Below are positions 1 through 10,866 of a DNA stretch of 64,000 nucleotides, piece after piece (the first letter of the stretch is position 1; each line of letters opens with the position of its first letter). The DNA is from an uncultured Acidobacteriota bacterium. Its GTDB lineage: Bacteria > Acidobacteriota > Polarisedimenticolia > J045. The notes under the pieces are model-generated. The model was not told where the DNA came from, did not search any database, and worked only from the letters and a program-made list of their open reading frames with translations. The DNA is taken from positions 972-64,971 of the forward strand of contig CAVPDB010000001.1 of assembly GCA_963702545.1 (NCBI GenBank), written 5' to 3'. Position numbers and translations under genes: made by a program.

Positions 1-350
1 TAGAGCTTCCCGGTTGCGGAGCGGCAGGCGTGGAACGACTCCGGGAGCCGGCGGGCCGAGAGGGCGCGCACGCTGTCGGGCAGCAGGCCGGCCAGCCCGT
101 GCAGCAGCAGGGGCAGCTCGCGGCGGTTGGGGGCGCGGTAGGTGGCGACCTGCCCCAGGGCGTGGACGCCGGAGTCGGTGCGCCCGGCGCCCACCAGCGC
201 GACCGCCTCGCGCGGCGCGTCGTGGATCGCCGACAGCGCGGCCTCGAGCGTCCCCTGCACGGTGGGCCGGCCGGGCTGGAGCTGCCAGCCCGCGAACGGG
301 CCGCCGTCGTAGGCGACGACCAGCGCGGTCACCGGCGCGTCGGTCGGCAC
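1..350 (-). CDS. truA: tRNA pseudouridine synthase A, N-terminal ~116 aa only (left-arm copy, cut by window edge)
   Basis: Mirror of 21331-21679. The GTG start (cac at 348-350) matches the right-arm start. The translation matches VPTDAPVTALVVAYDGGPFAGWQLQ...GRTDSGVHA. Confidence 0.7.
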   Translation of the reverse strand, partial: MPTDAPVTALVVAYDGGPFAGWQLQPGRPTVQGTLEAALSAIHDAPREAVALVGAGRTDSGVHALGQVATYRAPNRRELPLLLHGLAGLLPDSVRALSARRLPESFHACRSATGKL

Positions 351-354
351 GGAA

Positions 355-1266
355 TCAGCGCGGCGGGCGCAGGGCCAGCGTTTCCGCGCGCGGATCGAGC
401 GTGGCGCGGTAGCCGATCGGGACCGCGCGCGCGCGCAGGCCGTGGCCGATCGGCAGGCCGGCGAGCACCGGGACGCCGAGCGCCTCGGCGTGCTCGCGGA
501 GCACGGCGGCGAGCGTTCGCGAGGGCCGGCCCGGAGGCGGGTCGCAAGCGGTGAACTGCCCCAGCGCAAGCCCGGCGATCCCGTCGAGGATCCCCGCGGC
601 GCGCACCTGCCACAGCAGCCGGTCGACGCGGTAGGGCGCCTCGCCGACATCCTCGAGGAAGACGACGGCGCCGCGCAGGTCGGGCTGCCACGGCGTTCCC
701 GCCACCGCCGCAAGGAGCGACAGGCAGCCGCCGGCCAGCGGGCCCAGGGCGCGCCGGCCGGGCCCGGCGAAGCGCCGGCCCCGCAGCGTGCGCGGCGCCT
801 CGGGGGTGGCGAGCATCGCCCGCAGGTCGGCCGCGCGGTAGCGCCGCCGGTCGGCCAGGTCGGCGACCGAGGGCGCGTACCACGAGGCGACGCCGCGGGC
901 GTGGAGCGCGAGCTGCAGCGCGGTCAGGTCGGAAAAGCCGATCAGCCAGCGCGGACGCCGGGCCACCGCGCGCAGGTCCAGCCCGCGCAGCAGGCGCGCC
1001 GTCCCCCAGCCGCCGCGCGCGGCCCAGACGGCGTCGATCGCGGGGTCGGTCAGCGCCCGGCACAGGTCGTCGAGGCGCGCTGCGTCGTGGCCCGCCAGGT
1101 CGCCGGCGCGTGCGAACAGCGAGCGGCCCGGCACCGGTTCGTAGCCCCAGGCCGCGATCCGCTCCATCCCGGCGCGCACGGCGTCCGGGTCGCGCAGTGT
1201 CGAGCCGGGCGCGATGACCGCGATCCGCCCCCCGTGCGGAATCGCCGGCGGCACGCGAGGCGTCAC
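355..1266 (-). CDS. ldcA: LD-carboxypeptidase (peptidase S66, LdcA-like), left-arm copy
   Basis: ORF 355-1311. Motifs are RIAVIAPGS, WAARGGWG, LIGFSDLTAL and LPIGHG. The likely GTG start at 1266 overlaps the upstream stop (GTGA). Confidence 0.8.
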   Translation of the reverse strand: MTPRVPPAIPHGGRIAVIAPGSTLRDPDAVRAGMERIAAWGYEPVPGRSLFARAGDLAGHDAARLDDLCRALTDPAIDAVWAARGGWGTARLLRGLDLRAVARRPRWLIGFSDLTALQLALHARGVASWYAPSVADLADRRRYRAADLRAMLATPEAPRTLRGRRFAGPGRRALGPLAGGCLSLLAAVAGTPWQPDLRGAVVFLEDVGEAPYRVDRLLWQVRAAGILDGIAGLALGQFTACDPPPGRPSRTLAAVLREHAEALGVPVLAGLPIGHGLRARAVPIGYRATLDPRAETLALRPPR

Positions 1267-2490
1267 GGGCCGCCCTGCTCCGTGATGACCGGAGCGTCGA
1301 TCCGGCGCCACGATCCGGCCGCGCTGGCGTGCGCGTCCCGCGCCTGGTCCAACAGCTGCGGCTCGGACAGGATCGCGAGACCCGTCCGCGCCAGCGCGAT
1401 CGCGGCCCGCTCCGCGGCCTCGATCGCCCCGGCGCGGCGGCCGCGCGGGTGAACTCCAGCGTGTGGGTCGGCGTCGGCCGCTCGGTGATCCGGAAGGTCG
1501 GGTGGAGCGACGGGACGAGGTGGGAGAGGGTCCCCATGTCGAGCGAGCCGATCGTGCCGCCGGGGCCGGGCTGCGGATCGAGCCCGGAGCGGCGGGCCTC
1601 GTGCTCCCAGGCCGCGGCCAGCACCGGATTGCTCACCATCTCGTCGTACAGGTTGTCGATCTCCTGGATCCGCGCCGTCGTGCCGGTGGCGCGCGCGACC
1701 CCGTCGACGACGCCGCGGAAGCGCGCCATCACGGTCTCGGCCAGGTAGTGCGAATCGGCGGCGCGCAGGCTGAAGCGGGCGCGGGCGCGGTCGGGCACCA
1801 CGTTGGCGCGCACGCCCCCCTCCAGGATCACCCCCGGCATCCGGACCTCCGGCCGGAGCCCCTTGAGCAGCGCGTCGCGCGCGATGAACAGCTGGATCAT
1901 CGCGTCGAGCGCGTTGATCCCCTGCTCGGGCGCCGCGACCGCGTGCGAGGAACGGCCGTGGAAGGTGACCTCGACCGACCAGGAGGCGAGGCTGGTGACG
2001 ACCGCGCGGTCCTCGCTCCCCGGGTGGGCCAGCAGCGCCACGTCGATCCCGTCGAAGGCGCCGCGCGTCGCGAGCACGACCTTTCCGCCGATCGTCTCCT
2101 CGGCCGGCGCGCCAAAGACGAGCACCCGCCCCGGACGGCGCCCAGGACGCGCGCCAGGCCGATCGCGGCCCCGCAGGCCGCGGCCCCGATCAGGTTGTGG
2201 CCGCAGGCGTGGCCGAGGCCGGGCAGCGCGTCGTACTCGGCCAGGAACGCGACCGAGGGCCCGTCGCCGGAGCGGCGCTCGGCCCGGAAGGCGGTCGGCA
2301 GCCCGGCGATTCCGGTCTTGACATGGAACCCTTCCTCTTCCAACGTCCCCGAGAGCAGCGTCACGGCGTGGAACTCGCCGCAGCCGAGTTCCGGAGACAG
2401 GTGGAGGTCGCGGGCCAGCGCGGCCAGGCGCGGGGCCTGGCGCAGCACCTCGGCGGCGACCTCGTCGTGCAGGGTGGCCAGGTCGATCAT
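1263..2490 (-). CDS. M20 family amidohydrolase/metallopeptidase, left-arm copy disrupted by at least 2 frameshifts
   Basis: The N-terminal 130 aa of ORF 1897-2490 equal the intact right-arm protein (19189-20418). The rest continues in the frame of ORF 329-2653 and shifts again near 1440. Confidence 0.75.
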
Positions 2491-2532
2491 CGTGCGGCGT
2501 CAGCCTCCTTGTGACCTCGGCCGGCGGAAGGT

Positions 2533-2908
<376 letters not shown>

Positions 2909-2962
2909 GGGGGTATTCTATGCCGTCCGCCGATCTTCTCCCGGCGGCGTCACGGTTTGATC

Positions 2963-4357
2963 ATGAGCGCACCGCCTCAGACACCCCCCGGCGGCCCGGC
3001 CGCCGGGCGCGGGGATCTTCGCCTTCCGTGGGACGAGCAGGCCGAAAGGGCCGTGCTGGGGGCCGTGTTGCTCGAGCCGTCCGCGCTCGACCCGGCGCTC
3101 GAGATCCTCAACCCGGAGGACTTCCACCGCGAGGCCCACCGCCGCGTCTTCGAGGCCATGGTGGCCCTCTCCCGGCGGGCCGAAGCGATCGACGCCGTCA
3201 CGGTCTGCGCCGAGATGGACCGCCAGGCGACGCTCGAAAGGGCCGGCGGGGCGGCCTACGTCGCTTCGCTGATCGACGGCCTGCCGCGGGCGACCAACGC
3301 CTCGGTCTACGCCCGGATCGTCCACGACCGCTCGCTCCTGCGCCAGACCCTCTACCTGGCGGACGCGCTGCGGGCCGAGTCGTCGGCCGCCGGCCGCCCC
3401 GCCGTCGAGATCCTCGACGAGGCGATGCAGCGCTTCTTCCGGCTGCAGGAGACCGGCCGCCGCGGCGGGCTCGTCCCGGTCCAGAGCATCGCGCACGACG
3501 CGCTGCGCTCGATCGAGGAGATGGCGGAAAAGCGCGAGGCGATCACCGGCCTCGCCACCGGCTACACCAAGTTCGACCAGTACACCGCCGGGCTGCAGGG
3601 AGGCGACCTGATCATCCTCGCCGCCCGCCCCTCGATGGGCAAGACGACGCTGGCGCTCAACATCGCCCAGCACGCGGCGATCCACGAGCGCGCCTCGGTC
3701 GCGATCTTCTCGCTCGAGATGGCAGCCAAGCAGCTCTTCTACCGCCTGCTGTGCGGCGAGGGGCGGATCGACCTCTACAAGCTCCGGACCGGCCGGCTCA
3801 ACAAGGAAGAGTGGGACCGGCTGGTCGCCGCCTTCGAGACCTACGACCGGACGCGGCTCTACATCGACGACTCCTCGGCGGTGACGCCGATGGAGATCCG
3901 GGCCAAGGCGCGGCGGCTCAAGGCCGAGCACGGGCTCGACCTGGTCGTCGTCGACTACCTGCAGCTGATGCGCTCCGAGCGCCGGGTGGAGAGCCGCCAG
4001 CAGGAGATCTCCGACATCAGCGGTGCGATGAAGGGGCTGGCCAAGGAGCTGAACGTCCCGGTGATCGCGCTCTCCCAGCTCTCGCGCGCGCCGGACCAGC
4101 GGCAGGGGGACCACAAGCCGCAGCTCTCCGACCTGCGCGAGTCGGGCGCAATCGAGCAGGACGCCGACGTCGTGCTGTTCATCTACCGGCCCGAGGTCTA
4201 CGAGAAGGACGAGGCCAAGGTCCTGGAGAAGGGGCTCGAGGGGATGGCCGAGATCATCATCGCCAAACAGCGCAACGGTCCGACCGGCTACGTGCCGCTC
4301 TACTTCGTCAAGCAGTTCACGCGCTTCGAGAACCGGCTCGACGACATCGAGACCTGA
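2963..4357 (+). CDS. dnaB: Replicative DNA helicase DnaB (intact copy, 464 aa)
   Basis: ATG at 2963 within ORF 1463-4357. Walker A is ARPSMGKTT. Other matches are VVVDYLQLM, SQLSRAPDQR, LRESGAIEQDADVV and IIAKQRNGPTG. Confidence 0.95.
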   Translation: MSAPPQTPPGGPAAGRGDLRLPWDEQAERAVLGAVLLEPSALDPALEILNPEDFHREAHRRVFEAMVALSRRAEAIDAVTVCAEMDRQATLERAGGAAYVASLIDGLPRATNASVYARIVHDRSLLRQTLYLADALRAESSAAGRPAVEILDEAMQRFFRLQETGRRGGLVPVQSIAHDALRSIEEMAEKREAITGLATGYTKFDQYTAGLQGGDLIILAARPSMGKTTLALNIAQHAAIHERASVAIFSLEMAAKQLFYRLLCGEGRIDLYKLRTGRLNKEEWDRLVAAFETYDRTRLYIDDSSAVTPMEIRAKARRLKAEHGLDLVVVDYLQLMRSERRVESRQQEISDISGAMKGLAKELNVPVIALSQLSRAPDQRQGDHKPQLSDLRESGAIEQDADVVLFIYRPEVYEKDEAKVLEKGLEGMAEIIIAKQRNGPTGYVPLYFVKQFTRFENRLDDIET

Positions 4358-4363
4358 CGCAGC

Positions 4364-6917
4364 TCACAGTTCCGAGCGCAGGACCTCGACCGGCGCCCGG
4401 GCCAGCGCTCCGCGGCTCGCTGCGAGGCCGGCCAGGACCGAGAGCAGCGCCGCGAGCGCCGCGCCCGCGACGAGCGTCCCCCAGGGCCAGCGCCACGGGA
4501 TCTCCATCCCGCGGGTGAGCACGGCCCAGGCCAGCACCGCCGCGCCGACCGCGCCGACCGTGCCCGCGACCAGCCCGACCAGCGCGTACTCGAGCGAGAA
4601 GACGGCGGCGACGCCGGCGCGGGTCATCCCGAGAGTCTTGAGGACCGCGACCTCGCGCCCGCGGCGCGCCGCGCCGGCGCCGATCGCACCGGCCAGGATC
4701 AGCACGCCGGCGACGACGGTGAACAGACCGAGGAAGCGCACCGCCTGGCCGATCCGCGCGATCACCGCGGAGACGCGGTCGAGGACCTGCCGGAGGTTGA
4801 TCAGCGTCACGTTGGGAAACGCGGCGGTCAGCCGGTCCTGGACCGCCAGCTCGCGCGCCGCCGGCAGCCGCAGCGTCGCCACCCGGAACTGCGGCGCGTC
4901 GTCGAGCGATCCGGGCTCGGCCAGCAGGAAGAAGTTGATGCCGAAGGTCCTCCACTCGACCCGCCGGAGGCTGGTGACGCGGAACTCGAGCGGGACCCCC
5001 TGGATGTCGAGGGTCAGCGAGGAGCCGACCTTCACGCCGAGCTGGCGCGCGAAGTCCTCCTCGACCGACAGCTCGGCGTGGGCGGGGTCCGACCAGAGCG
5101 TCCCCTCCACCAGCTCGTTCCCTTCCGGCAGCTCCGCCCGGTAGGTGATCCGCTGCTCGCGCGTCAGCGCCCAGCGCCGCCGGCCGTCCTCCCAGTCCGC
5201 GGGCCGGGTCTTCGGGTCGGCGGCCTCGGCCGTCGGCCGGCCGTCGATCGCGGCCAGCCGTCCGACCACGACCGGCGCGCTCTCGATCCCCTCCGCGCCC
5301 TCCGCTTCGAGCTGCGCGCGGAGCGCGTCCCACTGGTCGGGCTGGATGTCGATGACGAAAGCTGACGGCGCCAGGGTCGGGACGTCCGCGCCGAGCTGCC
5401 CGGCCAGCCGCGCCTGCACGATCTGCGTCGCCAGCACCACCGTGACTCCCAGGCCGAGCGCCACGATCGCACCGATCGTCGCCGCGCCGGGACGGGCCAG
5501 CGCCGCCAGCCCGTGCCGCACCCAGACCGGGGCGGCGCCGCGCGGCCCGCGTCCGACGGTGCGCGCCACGACCCAGGCCCCGGCCGCGAGCGCCGCCACG
5601 GCCGCGGCGATCCCGGCGGTGAAGCCGGCTGCGGCGGGCAACTCGCCGGCCTGCACCCAGGCCGCAGCGAAGACCCCCGCCAGCACGACCGCCCCCAGCC
5701 CCAGCCGCACCGGCCAGGGCGCGGCGAGCGGCTCGGCGTCGCGGCGCAGCACGCGGACCGGCGGCACGCGCCACGCGGCGGCGAGCGACGGGATGCTGAA
5801 GGCCGCCGCGACCACCGTTCCCAGCGCGATGCCGCGCAGCGCGGCGGCCGGGCTGAAGAAGCGCAGCGGCACCGCGGGCAGCAGGTCCTTCAGCAGCAAC
5901 GGGGCCAGCGCCGAGAGCCCGATCCCGAGCGCCGCACCGACCACGCTGCCGACGAGGCCGAGCAGCGCCGCCTGCGCCACGTAGAGCGCAAAGACCTCGT
6001 GCGGCCGCACGCCCAGCGCGCGCAGCACCGCGATCGCGTCGAGCCGCCCCGCGATCCAGGCCCGCGAGGCCTGGGCCACGCCGATCCCGCCGATCAGCAG
6101 CGAGAGCAGCGCGATCAGCCCGAGGAAGCGCTCGGCCCGCTTGAGCCCCTCGCGCAGCGCGGGCTGACCTTCGCGCCAGGTGTCGACGTCGTACCAGGTC
6201 GCGTCCGGCAGCTCGGCGCGGATCCGCGCGGCCAGCGCTTCGCTCGCGTCGGCGCCATCGCCCGGCAACGCGAAGAGCGCCTTGTGCTCGATCCGGCTGC
6301 CGCGCGCGTCGAGCCCGGCGCGCGCCAGGCCGGCGCCGTCGAGCAGGACACGCGGGCCGATCGCGAAGCCGGCCGCTGCCCGGTCGGGCTCCGCGCGGAC
6401 GATCCCGGCGACGCGGAAGGGCTGGCCGCCGATCAGGACGGTGTCGCCGGCCGACAGCTCCAGGCGCTCCGCCAGCTCGGGGCCGATCACGGCGGCGTCG
6501 GCAGCGAGCAGTTCGGCCAGCGGCCGCGGCGGGTCGAGCTCGAGCCGGCCGTAGAACGGGTAGGCGCCGTCGACGACCTTGAGCTGCACCAGCAGGCTGC
6601 GCCCGGCGGCGCCCCCCTTCCCCTCGCGCCGCGGCCATCGTCGCCATCTCGCGCAGGTCGGCGCGGCGCAGCCCGGGAACGCCGGCGACGAGCGCGTCGA
6701 GCGCGGGCGGGATCGGGCGGCTGCCGGAGACGACCAGGTCCGCGGCCAGGAGCGAGCGGGCCTCGCCCTGGATCCCGTCGCGCAGGCCCTGCGACAACCC
6801 GGCGACCGCAACGATCGCGGCCACCCCGACCGACAGGCAGGCCGCGAAGAAGACCATCCGCCCCAGCGCCCCGCGCGCCTCGCGCCGGGCGTAGGCGGCG
6901 AAGGCGCCGAGCCTCAC
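4364..6917 (-). CDS. YbbP-like ABC transporter permease (double FtsX/MacB-type, ~850 aa), left-arm copy with apparent frameshift near 6599-6638
   Basis: ORF 4364-6811 carries the body. The N-terminal TM segment ([36 protein letters not shown]) lies in the frame of ORF 4317-8084. The GTG start overlaps the stop of the upstream ATPase. Confidence 0.8.
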
Positions 6918-7612
6918 GCCGGGCTCCCGGCCGTGATCCGGTCGATCCGCCCGTCCTTGAGGTGGACCTGGCGCCCGGTCCGCGCGGCGATCGCCGGATC
7001 GTGCGTGACCATCACCAGCGTCGTGCCGTGCCGCTCCCGCAGCGCCATCAGCGTGTCGAGCACCCGCCCGCCGGTCGCGCTGTCGAGGTTGCCGGTCGGC
7101 TCGTCCGCCAGCAGCAGGGGCGGCCCGATCGCGAAGGCGCGGGCCAGCGCGACGCGCTGCTGTTCCCCGCCCGAAAGCTGCGCCGGATAGTGGTGGCCGC
7201 GCTCGGAGAGGCCGACCTCGGCCAGCAGCGAGGCGGCGCGGCCGCGCGGGTCGCCGGACCCGGACAACTCGACCGGCAGCATCACGTTCTCGAGGGCGGT
7301 CAGGTTCCCCAGCAGCTGATACGACTGGAAGACGAAGCCGATCGTCCGCCGCCGCAGCAGCGCCAGGGCATCCTCGGAGAGGTCCTGGATCGGCGCGCCG
7401 TCGATCAGCACCTGGCCCGAGGTGGGACGGTCGAGCCCGGCCATCAGCGCCAGCATCGTCGACTTGCCGCTGCCGGAGGGGCCGAGGATCGCGACGCACT
7501 CGCCGGGGTCGATCGCGAGGTCCACGCTGTCTAGAATCGTCAGCTCGCGGCCGCCCGACGGCAGCCGGCGGGTCAGGCGGCGGAGTTCCAGGCGCGGCAC
7601 GGGTTTCGTCAT
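6914..7612 (-). CDS. ABC transporter ATP-binding protein (YbbA/LolD-like), left-arm copy
   Basis: 232 aa. Walker A is GPSGSGKST, the signature is LSGGEQQR and Walker B is [12 protein letters not shown]. Confidence 0.9.
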   Translation of the reverse strand: MTKPVPRLELRRLTRRLPSGGRELTILDSVDLAIDPGECVAILGPSGSGKSTMLALMAGLDRPTSGQVLIDGAPIQDLSEDALALLRRRTIGFVFQSYQLLGNLTALENVMLPVELSGSGDPRGRAASLLAEVGLSERGHHYPAQLSGGEQQRVALARAFAIGPPLLLADEPTGNLDSATGGRVLDTLMALRERHGTTLVMVTHDPAIAARTGRQVHLKDGRIDRITAGSPA

Positions 7613-7632
7613 CGGGGTCCCGGGAGAGCTGG

Positions 7633-8328
7633 ATGTTGTATCGCCCCTTCGCAGTCGTCGCCAGCCTGGCCGCCCTGGCGGCAGGCCTGGCCGCGGCGCA
7701 GGCGCCCGCGGCCCCGGAGGCGCCGGCCGCGGCCGGCGCGGGGCCGCCCGTCGTCGTCTTCCTCGGCGACAGCCTGACGGCCGGCTTCGGACTCGCGGCC
7801 GACGAGGCCTTCCCGGCGCTGGTCGCAGCCTCGCTCGCGGCGCGCGGCACGCCGATCCGCGCGATCAACTCCGGCGTCTCGGGCGACACGACCGCGGGCG
7901 GGCTGCGCCGGCTCGACTGGGCGCTCCGCAGCCGGCCGCAGGTCGTGGTCGTCGCGCTCGGCGCCAACGACGGGCTGCGCGGCCAACCGCTCGATGCGAT
8001 CGAGGGGAACCTGCGCGCGATCGTCGAGCGCTGTCGCGCGGCGGGGGCGAAGGTGCTGCTGGCCGGGATGCTGATGCCCCCCAACTACGGCGGTGCGTAC
8101 GCCAGCGGCTTCGCGGCGATCTACCCGCGGCTGGCGAAGGAGCTCGCCCTCCCGCTGGTCCCCTTCCTGCTGGAAGGGGTGGCCGGACGGCCCGAGCTGA
8201 ACCAGGCCGACGGGATCCACCCCACCGCCGAGGGGCAGAGGATCGTCGCGCGGCATCTCGAGCCGTACCTGGCCGAGCTGCTCGGGGCGAGCGCCGGCCG
8301 CGGCGGCGCGGCGAAGACGGGCCGCTGA
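7633..8328 (+). CDS. tesA: Secreted SGNH/GDSL hydrolase (TesA-like arylesterase/thioesterase I), intact copy
   Basis: Signal peptide, then [17 protein letters not shown] and DGIHPT blocks. It is divergent from the ATPase-permease pair, as in the E. coli tesA-ybbA-ybbP arrangement. Confidence 0.8.
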   Translation: MLYRPFAVVASLAALAAGLAAAQAPAAPEAPAAAGAGPPVVVFLGDSLTAGFGLAADEAFPALVAASLAARGTPIRAINSGVSGDTTAGGLRRLDWALRSRPQVVVVALGANDGLRGQPLDAIEGNLRAIVERCRAAGAKVLLAGMLMPPNYGGAYASGFAAIYPRLAKELALPLVPFLLEGVAGRPELNQADGIHPTAEGQRIVARHLEPYLAELLGASAGRGGAAKTGR

Positions 8329-8329
8329 G

Positions 8330-9028
8330 GTGCGGCTCCCCGGCGGGCGCTTCGCGATCCAGGTCGCCGGGATCTCCGGTCCCGCCGACCTCGCCGCGGC
8401 GGTCGGCGGCGGCGCGACGCACGTCGGCTTCCCACTGCGGCTCCCGGTCCACTCGGAGGACTGCGATCCCCGCGAGGCGGCGGCGCTGATCGCCACGCTG
8501 CCGGCCGGCGTCGAGCCGGTCCTGATCACCTACCTCGAGACCGCGCACGAGATCGCGGAGCTGGCGCGCGAGGTCGGCGCCCGCACCGTGCAGTTGCACG
8601 GCAACCCGGCGCCGGACGAGGTCGCCAGGCTGCGGCAGATCGCGCCGGGACTCGCGGCCTGGGCGGCGCTGGTGGTCGGCGCGGTGCCGGAGCCGCTCCT
8701 GCTGATGCGCCTCGAGCGTCTCGCGCCGCTGGTGGACGCCTTCGTCACCGACACCTTCGATCCCCGCACCGGGGCGCGCGGGGCAACCGGCCGGACGCAC
8801 GACTGGAGCGTCAGCGCGCGGCTCGCGGCCTGCTCGCCGCGGCCGCTGATCCTGGCCGGGGGGCTGACACCGGAGAACGTCGCCGAAGCGGTCGCGACGG
8901 TCCGGCCGGCCGGGGTCGACGCGCACACCGGTGTCGAGGATGCTGCCGGCCGGAAGGACCCGGCGCGCGTCCGCGCCTTCGTCGAGGCCGCGCTCACGGC
9001 CGCGCGCCGCGAGGGGCTGACCGCGTGA
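8330..9028 (+). CDS. trpF: Phosphoribosylanthranilate isomerase-like protein (TrpF family), intact copy
   Basis: 232 aa, GTG start. The C-terminal region reads LILAGGLTPENVAEAV...GVDAHTGVEDAAGRKD, typical of PRAI. Confidence 0.65.
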   Translation: MRLPGGRFAIQVAGISGPADLAAAVGGGATHVGFPLRLPVHSEDCDPREAAALIATLPAGVEPVLITYLETAHEIAELAREVGARTVQLHGNPAPDEVARLRQIAPGLAAWAALVVGAVPEPLLLMRLERLAPLVDAFVTDTFDPRTGARGATGRTHDWSVSARLAACSPRPLILAGGLTPENVAEAVATVRPAGVDAHTGVEDAAGRKDPARVRAFVEAALTAARREGLTA

Positions 9029-9954
9029 ACCGGATCGGGATCGACCTCGGCGGCACCAAGATCGAAGCGGTCGCGCTGGCCCCCGACGGGACCGAGCTGG
9101 CGCGCCGGCGCGTGCCGACGCCGCGCGGCGACTACGACGCCACGCTGGCGGCGCTGGCGGAGCTGGTCCACGGCTTCGAGCACCAGGTGATGGCGCGCTG
9201 CCGGGTCGGGATCGGGATGCCGGGGGCGATCTCCCCGGCGACCGGCCTGGTCAAGAACGCGAATTCCACCTGGCTCAACGGCCGGCCGTTCCGGCGCGAC
9301 GTGGAGCGCGCGCTCGGCCGCCCGGTCGCGCTGGCGAACGACGCCGACTGCTTCGCGCTCTCGGAGGCGACCGACGGCGCGGGGGCGGGGGCGCGCGTCG
9401 TCTTCGGCGTGATCCTCGGGACGGGCGTCGGCGGCGGGATCGTCGTCGACGGCCGGCTGCTTGACGGCCCGAACGCGATCGCGGGCGAGTGGGGGCACAA
9501 TCCCCTGCCCTGGCCCGAGGACGACGAGCGGCCCGGGCCGCTCTGCTATTGCGGACGGTCCGGCTGCATCGAGACCTTCCTCTCCGGGCCGGGGCTGGCC
9601 CGCGACCACGCGCGGGCTGAAGTGCTGCCGGAAAGGGAGGCGCTCACGGCGACCGAGATCGCGGCGCGGGCCGCGGCCGGCGACGCCGGCTGCCGGCGCG
9701 CGCTCTTGCGCTACGAGCAGCGGCTCGCCCGCGCGCTGGCCCACGTGATCAACCTGCTCGACCCGCACGCGATCGTGCTCGGCGGCGGGCTCTCGGCCCT
9801 GCCGTCGCTCTACGAGCGGGTCCCCGCGCTCTGGTCGCGCTGGATCTTCTCCGATCGCGTCGAGACCCGGCTCCTCCCGCCGCGGCACGGCGACGCCAGC
9901 GGCGTGCGCGGCGCGGCCTGGCTCGCAGCGACGGCCCGGCGCACGCGGGGCTGA
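9025..9954 (+). CDS. ROK family sugar kinase (NagK/Mak-like), intact copy
   Basis: IGIDLGGTK, ANDADCFALSE, GTGVGGGIV and the Zn motif GHNPL...CYCGRSGCIET. The start overlaps the trpF stop (GTGA). Confidence 0.85.
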   Translation: MNRIGIDLGGTKIEAVALAPDGTELARRRVPTPRGDYDATLAALAELVHGFEHQVMARCRVGIGMPGAISPATGLVKNANSTWLNGRPFRRDVERALGRPVALANDADCFALSEATDGAGAGARVVFGVILGTGVGGGIVVDGRLLDGPNAIAGEWGHNPLPWPEDDERPGPLCYCGRSGCIETFLSGPGLARDHARAEVLPEREALTATEIAARAAAGDAGCRRALLRYEQRLARALAHVINLLDPHAIVLGGGLSALPSLYERVPALWSRWIFSDRVETRLLPPRHGDASGVRGAAWLAATARRTRG

Positions 9955-10232
9955 AAAGGAGTGGGCCCCGGCCGGGGGGATCGGCCAGGGCCCGAGGGTG
10001 CGGAGGTCCCGAAGAGGAGAGGGGTCTGCGTCGCGTGCGTCCTTTCCGAGCCGCGGATCCGGAGGGTCGGGCCACTCCGGGGTGCTGAGGGCGGCTCTCG
10101 GTCTCGCACTTCCCTAATTCAACCCCCGTGCCACGACGCGCGGCGGCGGCAAGTCGTTTCCGGGCAGCGGGTTCGGGCGCGCGGGCGGAAGGGCGGCGGG
10201 GGCCGGCGCGGCGCCGTTTGTCCGAGGATCGG

Positions 10233-10865
10233 TCAGGGCGTCCGGACGCTGGCCGGACCCGGCCCGGCGCGACCCGGGGGAACCGCCTGCGGAGCAGGCT
10301 CCGGGTCGGTCCAGCGGCCCTTCGCGCGGATCAGGTCGACCAGCTTCTGCGGCGCCTCGGCCGACGGGACGTCGCGTTCCACGAGGTCCCGGCCGACGAA
10401 GAGGGCGACCTTCCCCGCCCCCCAGCCGACGTAGCCGAAGTCGGCGTCGGCCATCTCGCCGGGGCCGTTCACGACGCACCCCATCACCGCGATCTTCAGC
10501 TTCAGGTGGGCGGTGAGCTGGCGCACCCTCTCGGTCGTCTCCTCGAGTTCGAAAAGGGTCCGGCCGCACGACGGGCAAGCGATGTAGTCGGCCCGCTCCA
10601 GCCGGCGGCGCGCGGCCTGCAGCACATCGTGAAGCAGCTTCGCCGTCGCGGCCGGGTCGGACCCCGCCGGCATCCGCACCGCGTCCCCGATCCCGTCGAG
10701 GAGCAACGAACCGAGCCGCCCGGCGACGCCGACGCGCAAATCCTCGTCCGCGGCCGGGGGCCGGTCGGACAGCACGATCGGGGCGCGCGAGCCGGCGCGG
10801 TCGAGGCAGGCCGCGAGCAGCCGGTACGACTCGATCGGGGTGGCCGCGGGCTGGCCGCCGGCCAT
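10233..10865 (-). pseudogene. ispG: ispG (HMBPP synthase) C-terminal ~210 aa only, truncated at the palindrome pivot
   Basis: The translation has ACPSCGRTLFELE, KIAVMGCVVNGPGEMADADFGYVG and KVALFVGR. No N-terminal TIM-barrel half follows, because the sequence folds back at 10866. Confidence 0.8.
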
Positions 10866-10866
10866 G

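Noticed and set aside
2963-4357. Intein in DnaB
   Set aside because: The protein is 464 aa and collinear with standard DnaB. There is no insertion after the Walker A or at other usual intein sites.
4317-8084. 1255-aa ORF (minus strand) and similar very long ORFs (14871-17363 +, 5513-7534 +, 13611-15101 -, 329-2653 -)
   Set aside because: Their translations are Arg/Pro/Gly/Ala-rich low-complexity sequence. They lie in alternative frames of, or antisense to, well-supported genes (ABC permease, ABC ATPase, tesA). Stop-poor off-frames are typical of DNA with about 70% GC.
9955-10232. Possible small RNA in the 280-nt convergent ROK/ispG intergenic region (mirrored at about 11500-11760)
   Set aside because: I recognised no known RNA family signature (not SRP, tmRNA or 6S by eye), and there is no promoter or terminator pair. 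This is left unassigned. A covariance-model scan would be needed.
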